Source: Takakia lepidozioides
Taxonomy: Eukaryota > Plantae > Bryophyta
NCBI GenBank assembly: GCA_030704615.1
Contig: CM060733.1
Location: 36,580,001 to 36,644,000 of the forward strand
Direction of reading: 5' to 3'
Length of the DNA: 64,000 bases
Shown: positions 24,721 through 36,926 of the stretch, one piece after another
Layout of the letters: every line of letters begins with the position of its first letter
Numbering within the stretch: position 1 is the stretch's first letter
Made by a program: the position numbers and the translations under genes
Notes under the pieces: model-generated
What the model was told of the DNA's origin: nothing
The model's database searches: none
Seen by the model: the letters and a program-made list of their open reading frames with translations, nothing else

Positions 24721-25233
24721 CCCCCACCACAGGGGCAGCCCCTCTTGTGTCCCGACCCCCTGCCCTCAAGGCAAAGGGCCGTGACATTGCCCTTGCCCTT
24801 TTCCAGGGCTGCCAGACTTGCAAACGCACACAAACGTGATGCGGCTTATGGCGGACAGAAGACGACATTCGATGGAGTGTGCTTTAATTGTGGGGAGTCC
24901 AGGCACATAGCCAAGAAGTGCGCGAAACCCCGACAATTGAACATGACTCGGGCGACCACGGAGCTGTCCGAAGAGTCCATCAACCGCTTGGTGGAGGCGG
25001 TAGTCGCCAAGATTTGCAAGGTAGGCAACTACGCTTATGAGTTGTATCAGGAGACTAGCCCCTTGCGTAAAGGGAGTCAGTTAATGTTCGTGAGTGGGAT
25101 AATTTCCGGAACTAACGTGTCGTTGTTAATAGACACAGGAGCCTCGCACTCCTTCATGACACCGGCAATGGCACGAAAGCTGGGGCTCCCGACAAGTGAT
25201 GTGGGGGCCTCTATTGAAGTGCGTTCTGCCAAA
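24721..25233. mobile_element. Remnant of a second copy of the chromovirus family: inverted LTR/PPR junction plus gag-protease fragment
   Basis: 24721-24786 is the reverse complement of the LTR start (TGTCACGGCCC...). 24787-24844 is inverted PPR sequence. 24841-25233 matches 15564-15955. Confidence 0.85.
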
Positions 25234-25920
25234 CACTACAGGAAAAGGGGGGCCTTAGTGACGCCCGCGCCACGCCGCAGCGTCGGGAAAATGCCCTTTT
25301 CGAGCACGCGGGAGGCGCAGAATTTGCGACGCCCGACCGTCGCCCTGCAGTCGCAAGGGCGTCGCCAAATGACGTCGCAAAAATGTGACGTATGGGGGTC
25401 GCGAGCCCCCGCCCCAACTCCCGCGACTGCCGGACGTTGGTTTTTCAGGCCGTCCGCGCCGATGGCAGGAGCCTCTTCGAGCGACGTCTTGCCGTCGCTG
25501 CCCTCCAGCCGACGGCGTTGGTGGGGGCGTCGGCGCGGCGTCGCATCCCCTTTTTTTTTTCTAACCTGACCGGGAGTCAACCGGGTGGTACGCCAAGCGA
25601 CGCCCGTGCGTTGCTGCCAACGACTATTGGGCGTGGCACAAAACAGCTGGAGTTGGTCTCCGCCACGCCCGGGCGTGGGTTGTTGCGACGCTCTAGCATC
25701 GCGTTTTTTTTAAAATTTAAAATAAAATAAAATGGCGCAGGCAGGGTGGCGGTCTCCGTGACGCCAGGGTGTCGCGGGTTGCGACCCCCGGACTAAAAAA
25801 CACGTCGCAGGGGGTGTCGGGCGTTGCTGCCCACAAATGGGGTTTGCGACGCCCGACCGTTGCGTCGTACGACCCCCGCCCAAAAAACACATCGCCCTTG
25901 GTGACGTGCTGCAATCGCGA
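25234..25920. mobile_element. Left terminus of a CACTA transposon inserted into the chromovirus remnant
   Basis: CACTACAGGAAAA starts exactly where protease homology stops (flank AAA). Many subterminal GCGACGCCC/GGGCGTCGC repeats. Right end not found. Confidence 0.85.
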
Positions 25921-26149
25921 GGGCAGCCTGGTGGGGGGGGGGTTGGGGGTTCATTTTGGGGGTGAATTGGGGGTGTTTTTTTGTTTTTTTCCTGGTTTTG
26001 TATTTGAGGATGGGAGAACTTACAGTTCCATTTCTCTGAGTTAGCAGGTACACAATTGAGCAAGCATGAATCGAGGGTGAGGACGGTGCGACACATGAAT
26101 AAGATGGAAGATGGAGAGATGGAAATATATTTACAAGACAAGAGCTGAA

Positions 26150-28298
26150 AAGCTCACAAGGGTTCAGTAGACTGACCCTGGGACCTACATGGACTAGGAC
26201 TAGTCATCCTCATCCTCATCCTCAGTGGAGGACTCAGAGCTATCCGATGAGCCTGATGACTCCGTGCCCTTTGCCAGAGCACGTAAATGAGGCGGCGTTC
26301 CCCTAAGTCCCACAGAGCTCTCATCCAATCCCTGGGCATGACCCTCGACCTCATCCATACTAGTGCCATGTACTGCACTCATCCCCTCTGAGTTGGCCAT
26401 GTTCTTCATGAGGGATTGCCAACCATGCTCCTTGGCGTAGTTGTACTCTACCGGAGATGGCTTCCTCTCAAACGCGCGTTGCTACACATGCCACAAATTA
26501 AAGTCAGTTCTTCGCGATGATGGAGTCAGAATGAAGACATAACAAAATCCATAGGGAAGTACGACTTACAAATCGCAAGATAAAACCCTTGGATCCGCCG
26601 GCGCCCCACTTGTGTGTGGATTCGTGCTTGTCAAAGCGGACTGTTGTTGCTTCGCGTGCCCGGTCAAATTTGGCCTTGTTTGCGGCATCAGTCTCTCCCG
26701 CAATGAGCATAGTTTCCTGATTCTGAAAATTCCCAAACGTCCACCAACCTCCATGCAAGAAGAGTCCAAATCCATGGTAGGGCAGTTTGTGAGCAGTCTG
26801 CGGTGCAAAAAGCATCATCATATGACTGGGACAGATGCCGTGTCTTAAATCGGCCAAAGGATACAAGTGTGAAACAGGGGGTCGAGGGTCCATGTAGAAA
26901 AAACTTGGAGGGGAACAGGGACCGGAGGCAGTCGGGCTGGACATTGACGTTTCAGCCAGGTGACAATGGCATCAGATTCTTCGGCAGTTCTTAGGAGAGG
27001 GAATTCAGGAAGCAGACTGAACGTCCTGCTCCTCCAGCAATAGTTCAACAATATCAAACTGGACATCTACAGATGAGGGGGGAGCAGAAGAGGAGGGAGC
27101 AGTAGAGGGGGGAGCAGCAGCCTCAATTTCTACCGCAGAAGCATTGATCTGCAGGCAAAAATGCAACACAGAATGAGCATTTACAAACCGGGGACAATCC
27201 TGGGAAACTATTGGGGGGAGCAGATGGCCGGACACTCAAAAGGAGATTGGGGGGTGAAGCAAACCTGTTCTTGTAGAAGCCATCTTCTCCAGCGGCGTTC
27301 AACCCTCTCCACTCGCTTTGCAAACCCTCCACTCCATGCGAAACCCACAAATGCATCCTAGAATCTTTCATGGAAGGGAGAAGTCCATGTTGCAGGAGTA
27401 TAAATGTTCCAGCAGGAGTGATTGGGTGCGGTGTGTCGTGGTCGATGTCCATGGCCCCATCCCCTGCAAGAGGCCCCGAGCTCCCAGGCTGCTCCCCCTC
27501 GTCCTGATGAGTAGTCTGCTCCCCCACATCTGCGTGCCTTCGCTGTTTTCCGGACTGGCCCCCCTGACTTTGAGACGGATCCCCCCCATGTCCGATCCCC
27601 CCCATTTCTACTGCTGGCTGCTCACGGCTGTATGGATACTTTTTCTTTGGCTTTCTACTCGAAGTGACAGCGAGTTCAGGCCGCACTTTGGCTTGTCTCT
27701 CACGGGCGGAGGGTAAAGTAGTAACAATCTTAACCTTTTTTGCCCCCTTCTTTGGTTTGGTGCGCTCAAAATCGGTGTCGGACCCACTACGGCTACTCCT
27801 CTTGTGAGGGGCAGCCACTTGTGACGGTGCAGGCGCATCGGGCTTCCGTTTTCTCGCTCCTTTGGGTTGCTGCTGCCGATCAGTAGGGGACACGTCGTCT
27901 CCTGGTACGCGCCGCGCTTCGGGGTTTGTACACCCTCTCAACCTCTCCACAAAATTAGTAACCTGCTTCGGGAACTCTGCAGCGGGCCAGGGTTTTAGTG
28001 GCAACTGAACCTCGTCCCAACCATCCACCATGTTCAACCAAGGACAACCCTCCCCATCAATGACATGCCTATTCAACCTAACCTAATCCTTCATGGGCCG
28101 CCCACAAAACTTGCACTTATAGGGATTCCTTTGTTTCGCGCCATCACGAACTCTGAGGTCTGCCTTTGCCTCCACTATCATCTCCTCCCACTCAGTTGGC
28201 GTATATCAGAAAGGAACCTCGTCCCCTTTCTTAGGCTTGTGCCAAAAAACCAGCATACCATCCTCAGGGGGAACAACCTTAGGCCTAGTCTTCGCCAT
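26150..28298 (-). pseudogene. TE-associated gene with N-terminal C2H2/C2HC-like zinc finger, function unknown
   Basis: From the ATG at 28298 one frame runs through two stops (TGA, TAG) as YKCKFCGRPMKD*VRLNRHVIDGEGC into ORF 27123-28076. Probable further exons at 26944-26504 and an acidic tail near 26200. Confidence 0.5.
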
Positions 28299-28499
28299 CG
28301 GCAACGAGCACACGACGCCAAAATACAGAAAATAAAAAGCAAAGAACAGAAGCCAGAGAAAACAAGGAAGAGCACACGGATTGCAACGAACAAAAGGAAA
28401 ACACACAGCATAGACAACAAAGAGGATATGAGTAGAGCAACTGAAAAACCACAATGAAGAGAAGAGTCGCTTCGCGAGGAAGACATTCCGCACGTGCAG

Positions 28500-30530
28500 T
28501 GTAGCTAGGGGAGCGGGCACGTGGGGGAGCAGGGGATCAGTCGATGGACACGTGTCAACAACACCAAAAGTGGGGATCAGTGATGTCGACACGTGGGGAG
28601 ATCTGGGTGGTCATAAGGGGGAGCAGACATGGGGAGATGTGAAGGGGGAGCGAACCCCTAGCCCCTCCCAGAACATGGGGATCAAAGTAGGGGGATCAGA
28701 CACGTGGGGGGATGTTAGTAGAGGGGAGCTGACATGTGCGGAGAGTACTGGATATGACTTGCATGGCGATTTTGTGGTCAGGGAGGTGACACGTGGGCAG
28801 CGAAGACAGGGGGAGCGGCTGGGGGGGGGACCAGACAATGGGGGAGCAAAAACTCGGGAGGGATTGGATGTTTGGGGATTTGCAAGTGACGGATTCAGGG
28901 AGGGAGACAACTCATGAGAGGAAGGAGACCCTAAACTGCAGGGGCAGGGAGCATGAGAAAAGACCGTTGTGTAGGACGAGTAAAACACCATGCTAGATCG
29001 AAAAAGAAATCCCTATAAGTGCATGCATTATGAGCTGGCCGGTATACAACCATCTTGGACTCTCCAACCTCCATCAATCCTATTCAGCTGCTCCATACCC
29101 AACCATGTTCGATTCTGCAACACACAGATGTTCACATTTGAATCTAGCAAGGTAAGTAGTATGAAAAAACAAACATGAAGTTGAGGCTGAAAAACAACAA
29201 ACAACAAACAAGAAAGAGGCAAACAAGAAAAAACAACAAAAGAAGAAGAAGAAGAAGAAAACCCCCTGTACGCATTGTATGCAAGACGTGAGTCGCAAGA
29301 GATTCACAAACGCCGTAGAGCGCACACGATTGAGGCCCTGGCAGGTCATCCCAAGCCCATCGAAGCAGGAGCACGAACAAACACGACAGCTGGAAACCCT
29401 CGCTCAATCCAGATGGAGAACCCTACCTCCACGACGAAGTGAACAGCACATGCAAGTCCACGTGGTGCGATACCCACTGTTGGAAATGGAAGGGATTGGG
29501 GGATCGGTCGAAGGGGGATCAAAGCAGGCAAGACCAGGGAGGGGGACGAGTGACCAAATTGGACGGGGGATCAAACGAGGGGGGGGGGGGGGACCGGTGA
29601 TGGCCCGGGGGATCGCGCCTCCGATGGGATGAGGGGATCGACGGCGGGGGGAGCGCCACGTGGCGGTGGGCGTGCCATGGGGCCTTCATCCGGCCGTTGT
29701 CCATCCACTGCGCGGGAGGATGGTGGGGGGATGAGGGGCGGATGACCCAGAACATCCATTGTTTTGAGGTTGGATGGATGAGCAGGGGATCGACGGTTCG
29801 GGGGAGCAGCTGCGGGGGGAGCGCCACGTGCTGTCCGATGGGTGGAGGGGGATCAGTCACCACATGGACGGGGATCAACGGAGGGGGGGGGGGGCCCGGC
29901 GACGTGTCGGGAGATCGGGCCGTCGATGGGAAGAGGGGATCGACGGCGGGGGAGCGGGAGGATGGCGGGGGGATGAGGGGCGGATGACACACAACATCCA
30001 CTGTTTGTGAGGTCCGATGGCTGCGCAGGGGATCGACGGTCCGGGGGAGCCGCACGTGGCAGGCGATTGGGGTTGGGGGATCACCCCCGGTCCGGGATCA
30101 AGGAGCGTTGGGGGGAGCGGCGACGTCTCGGGGAGCGCGCCGTGGATGGGAGGAGGGGATTGACGGCGGCGGGAGCGCCACGTGGCGATGGGCGCATCAT
30201 GGGACCTTCAACCAGCCGTCATCCATTCAATTGAGGTTGGATGGGGAGGGGATCGACAGTTCGGGGGTAGCGCCACGTGGCTGGAGATGGGGGTGGGGGA
30301 TCACTCCGGCACTGGAAGGGGATCAACCCAGTGAGGGGATCCACAGCGGGGGGCTGCCACGTGACTGGAGATCAGGGGTGGGAGATGGGCGCCGCGCGGC
30401 CAGCGGTGGGGCGGGGGTCAGGGGTCCCGGGCGGGCGGGCGGGTGGGCGGGCGGGCGCGGGGTCAGGGGGCGCGGGGAGCAGCGGGTGGGCGGGGGCGGG
30501 GCAACGGGCGGAGGGGTGGGGATGATTTGA
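28500..30530. repeat. G-rich GGGGATC(GACGG)/GCCACGTG degenerate repeats
   Basis: Many GGGGATCGACGG and GGAGCGCCACGTG units. A block GATGAGGGGCGGATGAC..AACATCCA occurs at ~29730 and ~29972. Confidence 0.75.
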
Positions 30531-33500
30531 CATGGGGTGTCCAGCTCGCCGACGAGGCTGCCGGAGGGGGGTTCCAGCTGTACCTCGCAGGCCGTACCCG
30601 TCAGCTCACACGCTTGCAATAAAATCAAGCCACATCCATATTGGGATCGCCTTCCGGCAGTAGCCATGTGGGATAAAGAGAGACCATAATTTATACTTGC
30701 TTTGGGAGGCGGAACCAACGAACCAACCTCCTTAATGCTGGGGATGTGATTAAAGGGTTGAAATCTTAATGAGGTTGAAATTTGGCTGTCAAGACTGCAA
30801 ATGGACACGTCTCATGGTCTCCAGTTGAGGTTATTTTCTCCTCGGCTTCTCTTCATATACGCTCCAGGATAGTTCTTTCTTCTCTTCAATGTTAAGTAAA
30901 TGTGATCACTTTGCTTCAATGTGACTAAACATTTTCACTGTTAAATTAGTGCCTTGACTTCGAAGTTGTTTCGTAGTTATTGATTAACCAACTAGGATAG
31001 AACCGTCTGCCAAGATCTGAACAAAACCACCTTCATTGTCCTGTCATCAGATATAGTCACCAGTCAATGGTACTCCAAATGTGAACTGCAAATCTAAACT
31101 GCAAAAGTGATTGGAGTTATGTATGTTAAGCAAGGCTTGCAATCTTTCAGTTGGGCCGCGGCCCTCCAGTTCTGCACTGAGGGTTTAGAGTTTGTTTAGC
31201 AATCTTTGACATGACACTAACCTGCCAACCAGAAGCAAGTTTTACAGACAACATAGGCATATCAGATTATGTTGTCAGTGTTCACTCCATTGAAATGAAG
31301 GTGAACGAAACAAATTTATGAGCACTTTGGGGATATGTTCTCGGTGACCTGCCCTTCAGTCCACACATCATCTAAAAGAAAACACGTAGATGTCAGGCTC
31401 AGAAGTCAGTAATCCCAAAGTAATTGGGATCTTTGTCTGCAGTGGCACATAGCTTCAACCTGGAGATCCCAAAAGAGAAGCAAATCTCAGAAGCTAGGAT
31501 ATGCCACAATAGCTCTCATGAGGTAACTTGGAGCTCATAGCATTGAGGACATGGCGTTCTCCTTGTCCTCATGTGGCTCGGTAGATGTGGCGACCGGTAA
31601 ATCCCATAGCCGGCCACCTCTCAGACACCCTAACCGTGCCAAATCAGTGAGGTGCCCCCAAAAAATGGTTATGATCTCATATTTGCATCCCCACAGTCAA
31701 TCCTGAAAGACCATATTCTCCTCTCATAAAATAATCTCAGTACAACTTTGCACTCAATGATGAGGAGTGGTACTTATATTATACAATGCCTGCCGTAAAA
31801 GGGGGTAAGTGGCCAACCGGTTACTTCATGTGTGGGTGGGTACTTGGGGACTTTCAAGTTGCCCCGGATACAGCCATGTAGGTGTCCACCTTCCAAACGG
31901 ACGGGAGAAAGCCTTGGGGGTAAGTGACACCATGAGTTACACTTGCTTCAGCAAGAGTCTTCCTTCTTACAATGCGTATTTTGTGTATTTAACCTTAACA
32001 TATTGATTACTTTGCTTCCTGTATGTTGGGTCATTGCATCATCCTGGCTTGCTGTCTCTTACACCTAGGGTCCTGCCATGAATGGCGAAATACATCCCAT
32101 GCACACCAAAGCATGCTGTTTATGGCAGTTTCGATGAGATTGTTTTTGACGTTTTGGATCTGCTGGCCCCTCTCGGCTCCCTCATGGACCTTTGGACTCC
32201 AACCAGATCCTGGAAGTGTAAATGCTCTAGCATTAGAGCATAGACAACTCCACGAAGATGGTCCCTTCCAATGTTACCCCCCCTTTTGCACACCCACTCA
32301 TTGCCTTGCTTCATTTCAGTGACCATGCAAGGTACTGAGCCCAGGTAGCCAAATAGGGCCAGTTTCTGGCAACCATGCGTCCAAGATATTGAAGTAGTGA
32401 CTAAGACTGGGCTTGCAAGAGACACATCTCAGAAAGCCAGATATTGTAAATGTGCCGAAGGAAACTGAGGTAGAAGACCATCATGTTCATGAATGGCAAA
32501 GACAAGTATAACTACATTTATCTTATACATTGGGGTCTTGTTGAAAGCCTAGCAAGAACTTCAAACAAGAAAAATAAAGAATCCGGAAAGGAAGAACAGA
32601 AGAAGATCCAGAACTGAAATTCCAATAGGCAGAATCCAGCATGTTTGACTTCCACACACTCAAAATTATTAGGTTCTCTCTGTTTGGTATGAGTATATTT
32701 ACCCAAGCACATCAACCTATTCAAGAATGCAAAATTGACCTATGATCTCTACAACCAAAGAATTGAGAATCAGGAAGAACACAAGAAGTGAACCCTTGCA
32801 AAAGGAGAGGGAAAGGATTATAAAAAAGACTAAGAGGAAGAGAAAGAGCCGACCACGATTGATGTAAAGCTCACCTTACATCAACTGACAATTTCTGAGA
32901 CTTCTTCATACACGTAAAAGTGGTATTTTCTAATACCGATTTCTTGAAGCATACATTTTGCTTCATTTGCATGATGACTACCTAGAAATGATCATTCCAA
33001 CTCAGAGATCCTTGTGCTTCATCCTGTTGACCAAACTACAGCTATGATCAATATGCTTGTCAATGGTAAATGAGCATGGAATTTATTGACACTTGCCACG
33101 TTCAGGGCCTCAAGGTGAGGATCAAGAAGATGCCATTTTTTATTTGTCCTGATGGCTCGTCGTGTTTGAAAAGGAGTACCTAAGCTCATCTCCCCCTCAG
33201 GCTGGAGGAATTTAATGCACTACGATCAAAATTGGCTAATGCTAATGGCGGCACCAATACCATTGTATTCAACAGATCCAAACTCTGAGGGAAGTCAGGT
33301 TGGTGATTGTCCTGCAGTGTCCATTGGTGTAGAATACCATTGCAGACATGCAATGCTTAAAACTGATAATGACAATGAATGTGGCTCTTGCAATCTACAA
33401 GGCCTCGAATTATTAAACCCTCAACACAGGTTTTACGATGAATTACTGGATAAGCGAATCTATCTCTTCGGACCACCATGAATGTTCATAGGCTTTCAAG

Positions 33501-33555
33501 AAACAGCTGCAGTCACAAACAGACCAGCTAAGAAATTCCCAGGACCAGCTGAGTA

Positions 33556-34946
33556 TTAGAACTCACAACTCCAAGTCTTCTCCGCCACCACCTTTGGCGG
33601 CTTGTTACCTGAGACGTGGACCGTGGCTGTGACCTGCCAATGTCAGGATAGTTGGGTTATTGGCCTCTCCCTTGTTATCTTCAAATGCACATGGAATTGC
33701 CAGGACAACATAAGGGTATATGACGAAGGTGCTTACCTTAAAGGGGCCCTGATCCTTGGCATCTCGTGCCCACTCCAACCCCACAGTCTTATGATGTCCA
33801 TCAAAGAAGGCCTTTACATTGTCCTGCGCAGCGAATTTGCGCGCAATGGAAAAATGCCAAGCCTTGGTGCCAAAGTCAAAACCAGGCTCCATTGTGGTGC
33901 CACTGGAATGATTGTAAGTATATTTAAGTTGGCCACTCTCTGCCGCAAAGCTGTAGGTGCCTGTGACCTTGTTGCGAGAGTCCAAGGCTAAGCTCCCCTC
34001 CACAAATGTTGCATTGCGCTTCTGAGGATGAATATACGTCAACCTCACTCCCTTCCCTGCCACCGTGGCACCTGTCATAAATTGAAACCTGGCAGCCTGC
34101 AAGTAACCGTAAGCTTCAGCTCTACAAGTCCTCTTGTTCACAGGCCACTCACAATCCAAACACACACCTCTGGAACAACCGCACCTCTGAACTAAATTTC
34201 AAACGTCAACCTCCAGTCAAAGTTCCCAAGGAAAATATAGAGGGATGAGGAAACGAGTGATTCCTGCACCGGAAGCCCTCATTTCCTTCCGCACAACTGC
34301 TAACTCACATTTCCCAACATCCATTCGACTTTTTTGGGTGGCTGTCGATGTATAATCAAGGTACTTTCAGATGCATAGAACAGAGCAAGGTCACTCGATC
34401 GGAAACTCATCAACAACACTAGGGGTTTAACGAATCTGAGCTGTGTCGTTTGTGGCTAACGTTGTTTTGGCCAGTCTGAACCTTCCTGTTTTCGACTATA
34501 TTAGGCTTCTAATGAAGACAAACATGCAGTCGAAGTATTGCTCTGGAGAAAGAACCTGGGTTGGTGCACGGTCATAACACTTAGTTGCATATAAACAACA
34601 ATGTCCTGCCTTCTCTTCCTTTTTGCAACAACCTCTATCTAATCGCAATCTTCCTTTTCCCCACAAGGTATCTTTCAAAGCGTCCCTCGGAAATTATAAC
34701 GACCTTCTGTTTCCATCCATCGGCCACTGAGGGTAATGCACAAACCTGTTGGTGGAGATCGTAATCAATGAGAAAAGCGCCGGGCTTCTCGACCCCAAGC
34801 GAGACGCCATGGAGACTGGGCGTCCCCGAAAAAGTGCCGTCCGAACAAGACGCCTTCAATTTGAGATCACCAGCACCCACTGCGAGAGTGGCTGTGGCAG
34901 CACGGGAAGCAGAGTCGTACTTTGCTTTCACCACTGTCTTTGTCAT
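33556..34946 (-). CDS. OEP24: Chloroplast outer envelope pore protein 24; exons 34946-34746, 34096-33737, 33633-33556; 212 aa
   Basis: MTKTVVKAKYD..AVGAGDLKLKAS..LGVEKPGAFLIDY, ARFQFM..VAGKGVRLTYIH, MEPGFDFGTKAWHF, GLEW..GPFK|VTA..VVAEKTW. GT-AG phase-0 introns give an uninterrupted frame. Confidence 0.93.
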
Positions 34947-36926
34947 TGCATCCGCACCCACCCTCTCTCTCTCCTTCTCTCTCGCGTTCTTTAATCTCTA
35001 TCCTTCTCTCTGGCTGCTCTAAGAATCCCGCGAGCGGCAATACGGACCACACGGCGCTTCTGACGGACGTCCGTCAGCGCCCGGCGCACTCTCGCGACGG
35101 TGGGCGGCAGTCCGTCACAGTTGACTTCGTTACACCAGCCTGCCGTCGCTTAGTTGGACGTTGATTTCTAAGCTAATCCCTTAATAAGTCTCCGGAGACT
35201 GTTTCCTAAGGTCCTTGGAGATTTTTCCTCACAGCAACTCTATCATTAGGCTGGCTTTCTATTAAGTCTCTTAAGGAGGCAAACCAGGGGTCATTTTTCT
35301 GGTACTTTCACTGGGTTCTAACTTCTGTGTTTTGCATTGAGCTTGTATGGTATACAAGTTGTATGAATGGAATAGTGTTTTGGGTGAAAGGCTAGTGATG
35401 AATAGAGAATCTTAGAGTTGCTTGGTCCTATCTGCATGCTATTTTTCCCCAAAATTTGCATGCCCTTGTAAGGAAAGGAGAAACCTGGCCCTAGCACAAG
35501 AGTTGAGCAGCACAGCTTGGCCCACTACAAGGCAAAGTTTCTCTTGTGATGACAATACAGTTATCTGTAAAGTACCACAAACTGGGGGTGAGTACCCCGC
35601 CTGGCCAAAATAGGGGGCGAGTTACAAAATTGGGGATCAAACTAATACAAAGGGAAAAAACTGACGAAACTAGTTTCTTCACCAAAACTGGGGTCAAGCT
35701 AGTTTGGGTTTTGACAAGCTGCAGGGGAGCGACGACGTGCTGGCTGCAGGCTGAGAGAAGAACCTTCCCTACTTCTTATACTTTCAGGGGATCAGATCGG
35801 GTCAAGTAACAGGACTCATACCGAGTTTGGGCAAACTCGCACAAACTCGCACCCAGTTTAACAAACTCGTAATGTGTTTGGCAGACTTTCCGTCCGCACT
35901 CCAACTGGGGATGAAACACCTTACGACTCAAACTTACGATATAACCGCCAACGAGCAGGCAACCATGAGTAATATCTTCCTCTCATTATTCACATATCAC
36001 TTTGTTTGGTGTGATTTTATGGATTTTAACTGAGCCTGAGCTGGTGGAACAAAAGCTTCCCCCATGAGTTTTTGGGTCTAGATTTGAGACATTGGACAGT
36101 TCAACATTCAGAAAAAGAAAACATGGGTTCACTTCTCTTGAAGTGGATATTTAGGAGACCTTTCGGCTTGTTTGACATCGGGAGCTAAAAGGGTTATTGA
36201 GAACATTGGGAGTCATGCCAGAAATCAGCACCTGCTTCTTGGAACAGTAGCAGCACCACTGATCATTGCCTGAAACTATGCACAATTGTTTACTCTACAA
36301 TAGTTTCATACATGCTCCCAAATCTGGTCTCGACCTGTAGGCAAATGTGTTCTTAAGTAGGTGGAGTACTCCAACATGCACAAACCAATAGTCTGGTGTG
36401 AGGGTGTCATGCAAATCCCCTTCATGAACATCAATCAATAATAGAATACCAAATACCATTGCAATCACTATGTGAACTTTCATGTGGCCACCACAGGATT
36501 AGATCTTGGTGGTCAAGGCTAGCTTTCCAAAACATTCCTGCAAGTTAGTCAAGGGCTCTATCTGAAGAAGCACCACAAGAAACATACGAACATGCCCCTC
36601 TAATCAAGCTCATTATGAATCGTGTACACTTTCATCTTCAGCTTTGGAGAAGCTCCACCACCCACATCAGAATAAGGACAGGATGCTGCTTTCCTCCACT
36701 ATCACCAGAGTCAGTCACAACCCCACCTTCAGTCATTGCCTGCTCCGGTCAAGTGCAATTATGGGCTCACTTCCCACCTATGCTCATCCCCACTACCATT
36801 TCCACTGGATATGCCACAGGCAATGGCCTCAACAGTACATCATGGTCAACATTCTCAGGAAATGGTGGATGAACTGAGTAACTCCACAGATCAATGAATG
36901 AAGCAAGACACTTGCACCGTAGTGTT

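Noticed and set aside
24457-25569. 370-aa PPR/zinc-knuckle/protease chimeric ORF
   Set aside because: Accidental read-through across pseudogene, inversion, gag remnant and CACTA end. The upstream part has stops.
30830-33550. Short ORFs between the G-rich repeats and OEP24
   Set aside because: No recognisable domains or consistent exon chain. Treated as intergenic or 3'UTR.
35560-35930. Cluster of AAACTGGG/AAACTCG motifs suggesting a MITE
   Set aside because: No convincing TIR pair or TSD could be defined by eye.
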